Positions 54,263-54,447 of a stretch of DNA of 54,447 nucleotides are shown here, one piece after another; position 1 is the first letter of the stretch, and the number at the start of each line of letters is the position of its first letter. Made by a program: the position numbers and the translations under genes. The stretch is taken from assembly GCA_018303185.1 (NCBI GenBank), contig JAGVYR010000033.1, forward strand, positions 1 through 54,447, read 5' to 3'. The notes beneath the pieces are model-generated. The model saw only the letters and a list, made by a program, of their open reading frames with translations, searched no databases and had not been told where the DNA came from. Source of the DNA: Candidatus Woesearchaeota archaeon. GTDB taxonomy: Archaea; Nanobdellota; Nanobdellia; Woesearchaeales; GW2011-AR4.

Positions 54263-54447
54263 ATGGCTAACAGAGGGGCGATTTTAGCAGCCGCAGGCGC
54301 GTTTGTTTTAGCAACAGCTATGCCTTTAAGCCAATCTTCTAACTCCGTAATAGGAACACCTAGGGCAGCCATGCGGCAGCCATCTTCTCTGGCCGATAGG
54401 CTGAATGGTGCGCCTGCATCACCCAGTCTGCTTAGCCAAGGCGTTAT
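54263..54447 (+). CDS. 5' part of a probable secreted protein (runs off the window)
   Basis: MANRGAILAAAGAFVLATAMPLS signal-like start; TATA TTTAAATA at about 54234. Confidence 0.55.
   Translation, partial: MANRGAILAAAGAFVLATAMPLSQSSNSVIGTPRAAMRQPSSLADRLNGAPASPSLLSQGV

Noticed and set aside
1-54447. CRISPR array, rRNA, integrase, transposase
   Set aside because: No regularly spaced repeats, rRNA-like tracts or recombinase/DDE motifs were seen.

Overview
Archaeal chromosomal window, most likely from a DPANN archaeon of the Woesearchaeota type. The lineage call is inferred from archaeal translation genes, TTTAWA TATA boxes, BHB tRNA introns and many lineage-specific surface proteins. The left 11 kb is an AT-richer accessory block ending at the 3' end of a tRNA-Ser(GGA) gene. 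It looks like a polymorphic toxin-immunity locus. A 1444-aa secreted protein (possible class III pilin-type leader, intact S8 protease, Cys-rich/CARDB linker, C-terminal alpha/beta-hydrolase) is followed by a small membrane protein. Two headless alternative hydrolase cassettes come next, each coupled to its own unrelated membrane protein. A 125-bp near-identical homology block and two short relic fragments suggest past cassette shuffling. The tRNA-Ser has two introns (37/38 and 59/60). The core region holds rpl7ae-rps28e-rpl24e-ndk-fus-tuf-rps10, with a tandem K-turn in the rpl7ae leader. It also has a prepilin peptidase, a pilin-like gene, apparently inactive enzyme homologues (a cis-prenyltransferase and two HIT proteins), NnrE/NnrD and a Kef-type antiporter. 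Further right are an endonuclease-IV-like TIM barrel with a large insert, an MNT-HEPN fusion, an Lrp-regulated racemase-TyrA pair and two large surface proteins. Several intergenic regions carry structured or repeated elements. No rRNA, CRISPR array, transposase, integrase or reverse transcriptase was recognised. All calls come from reading motifs by eye; no searches were run.
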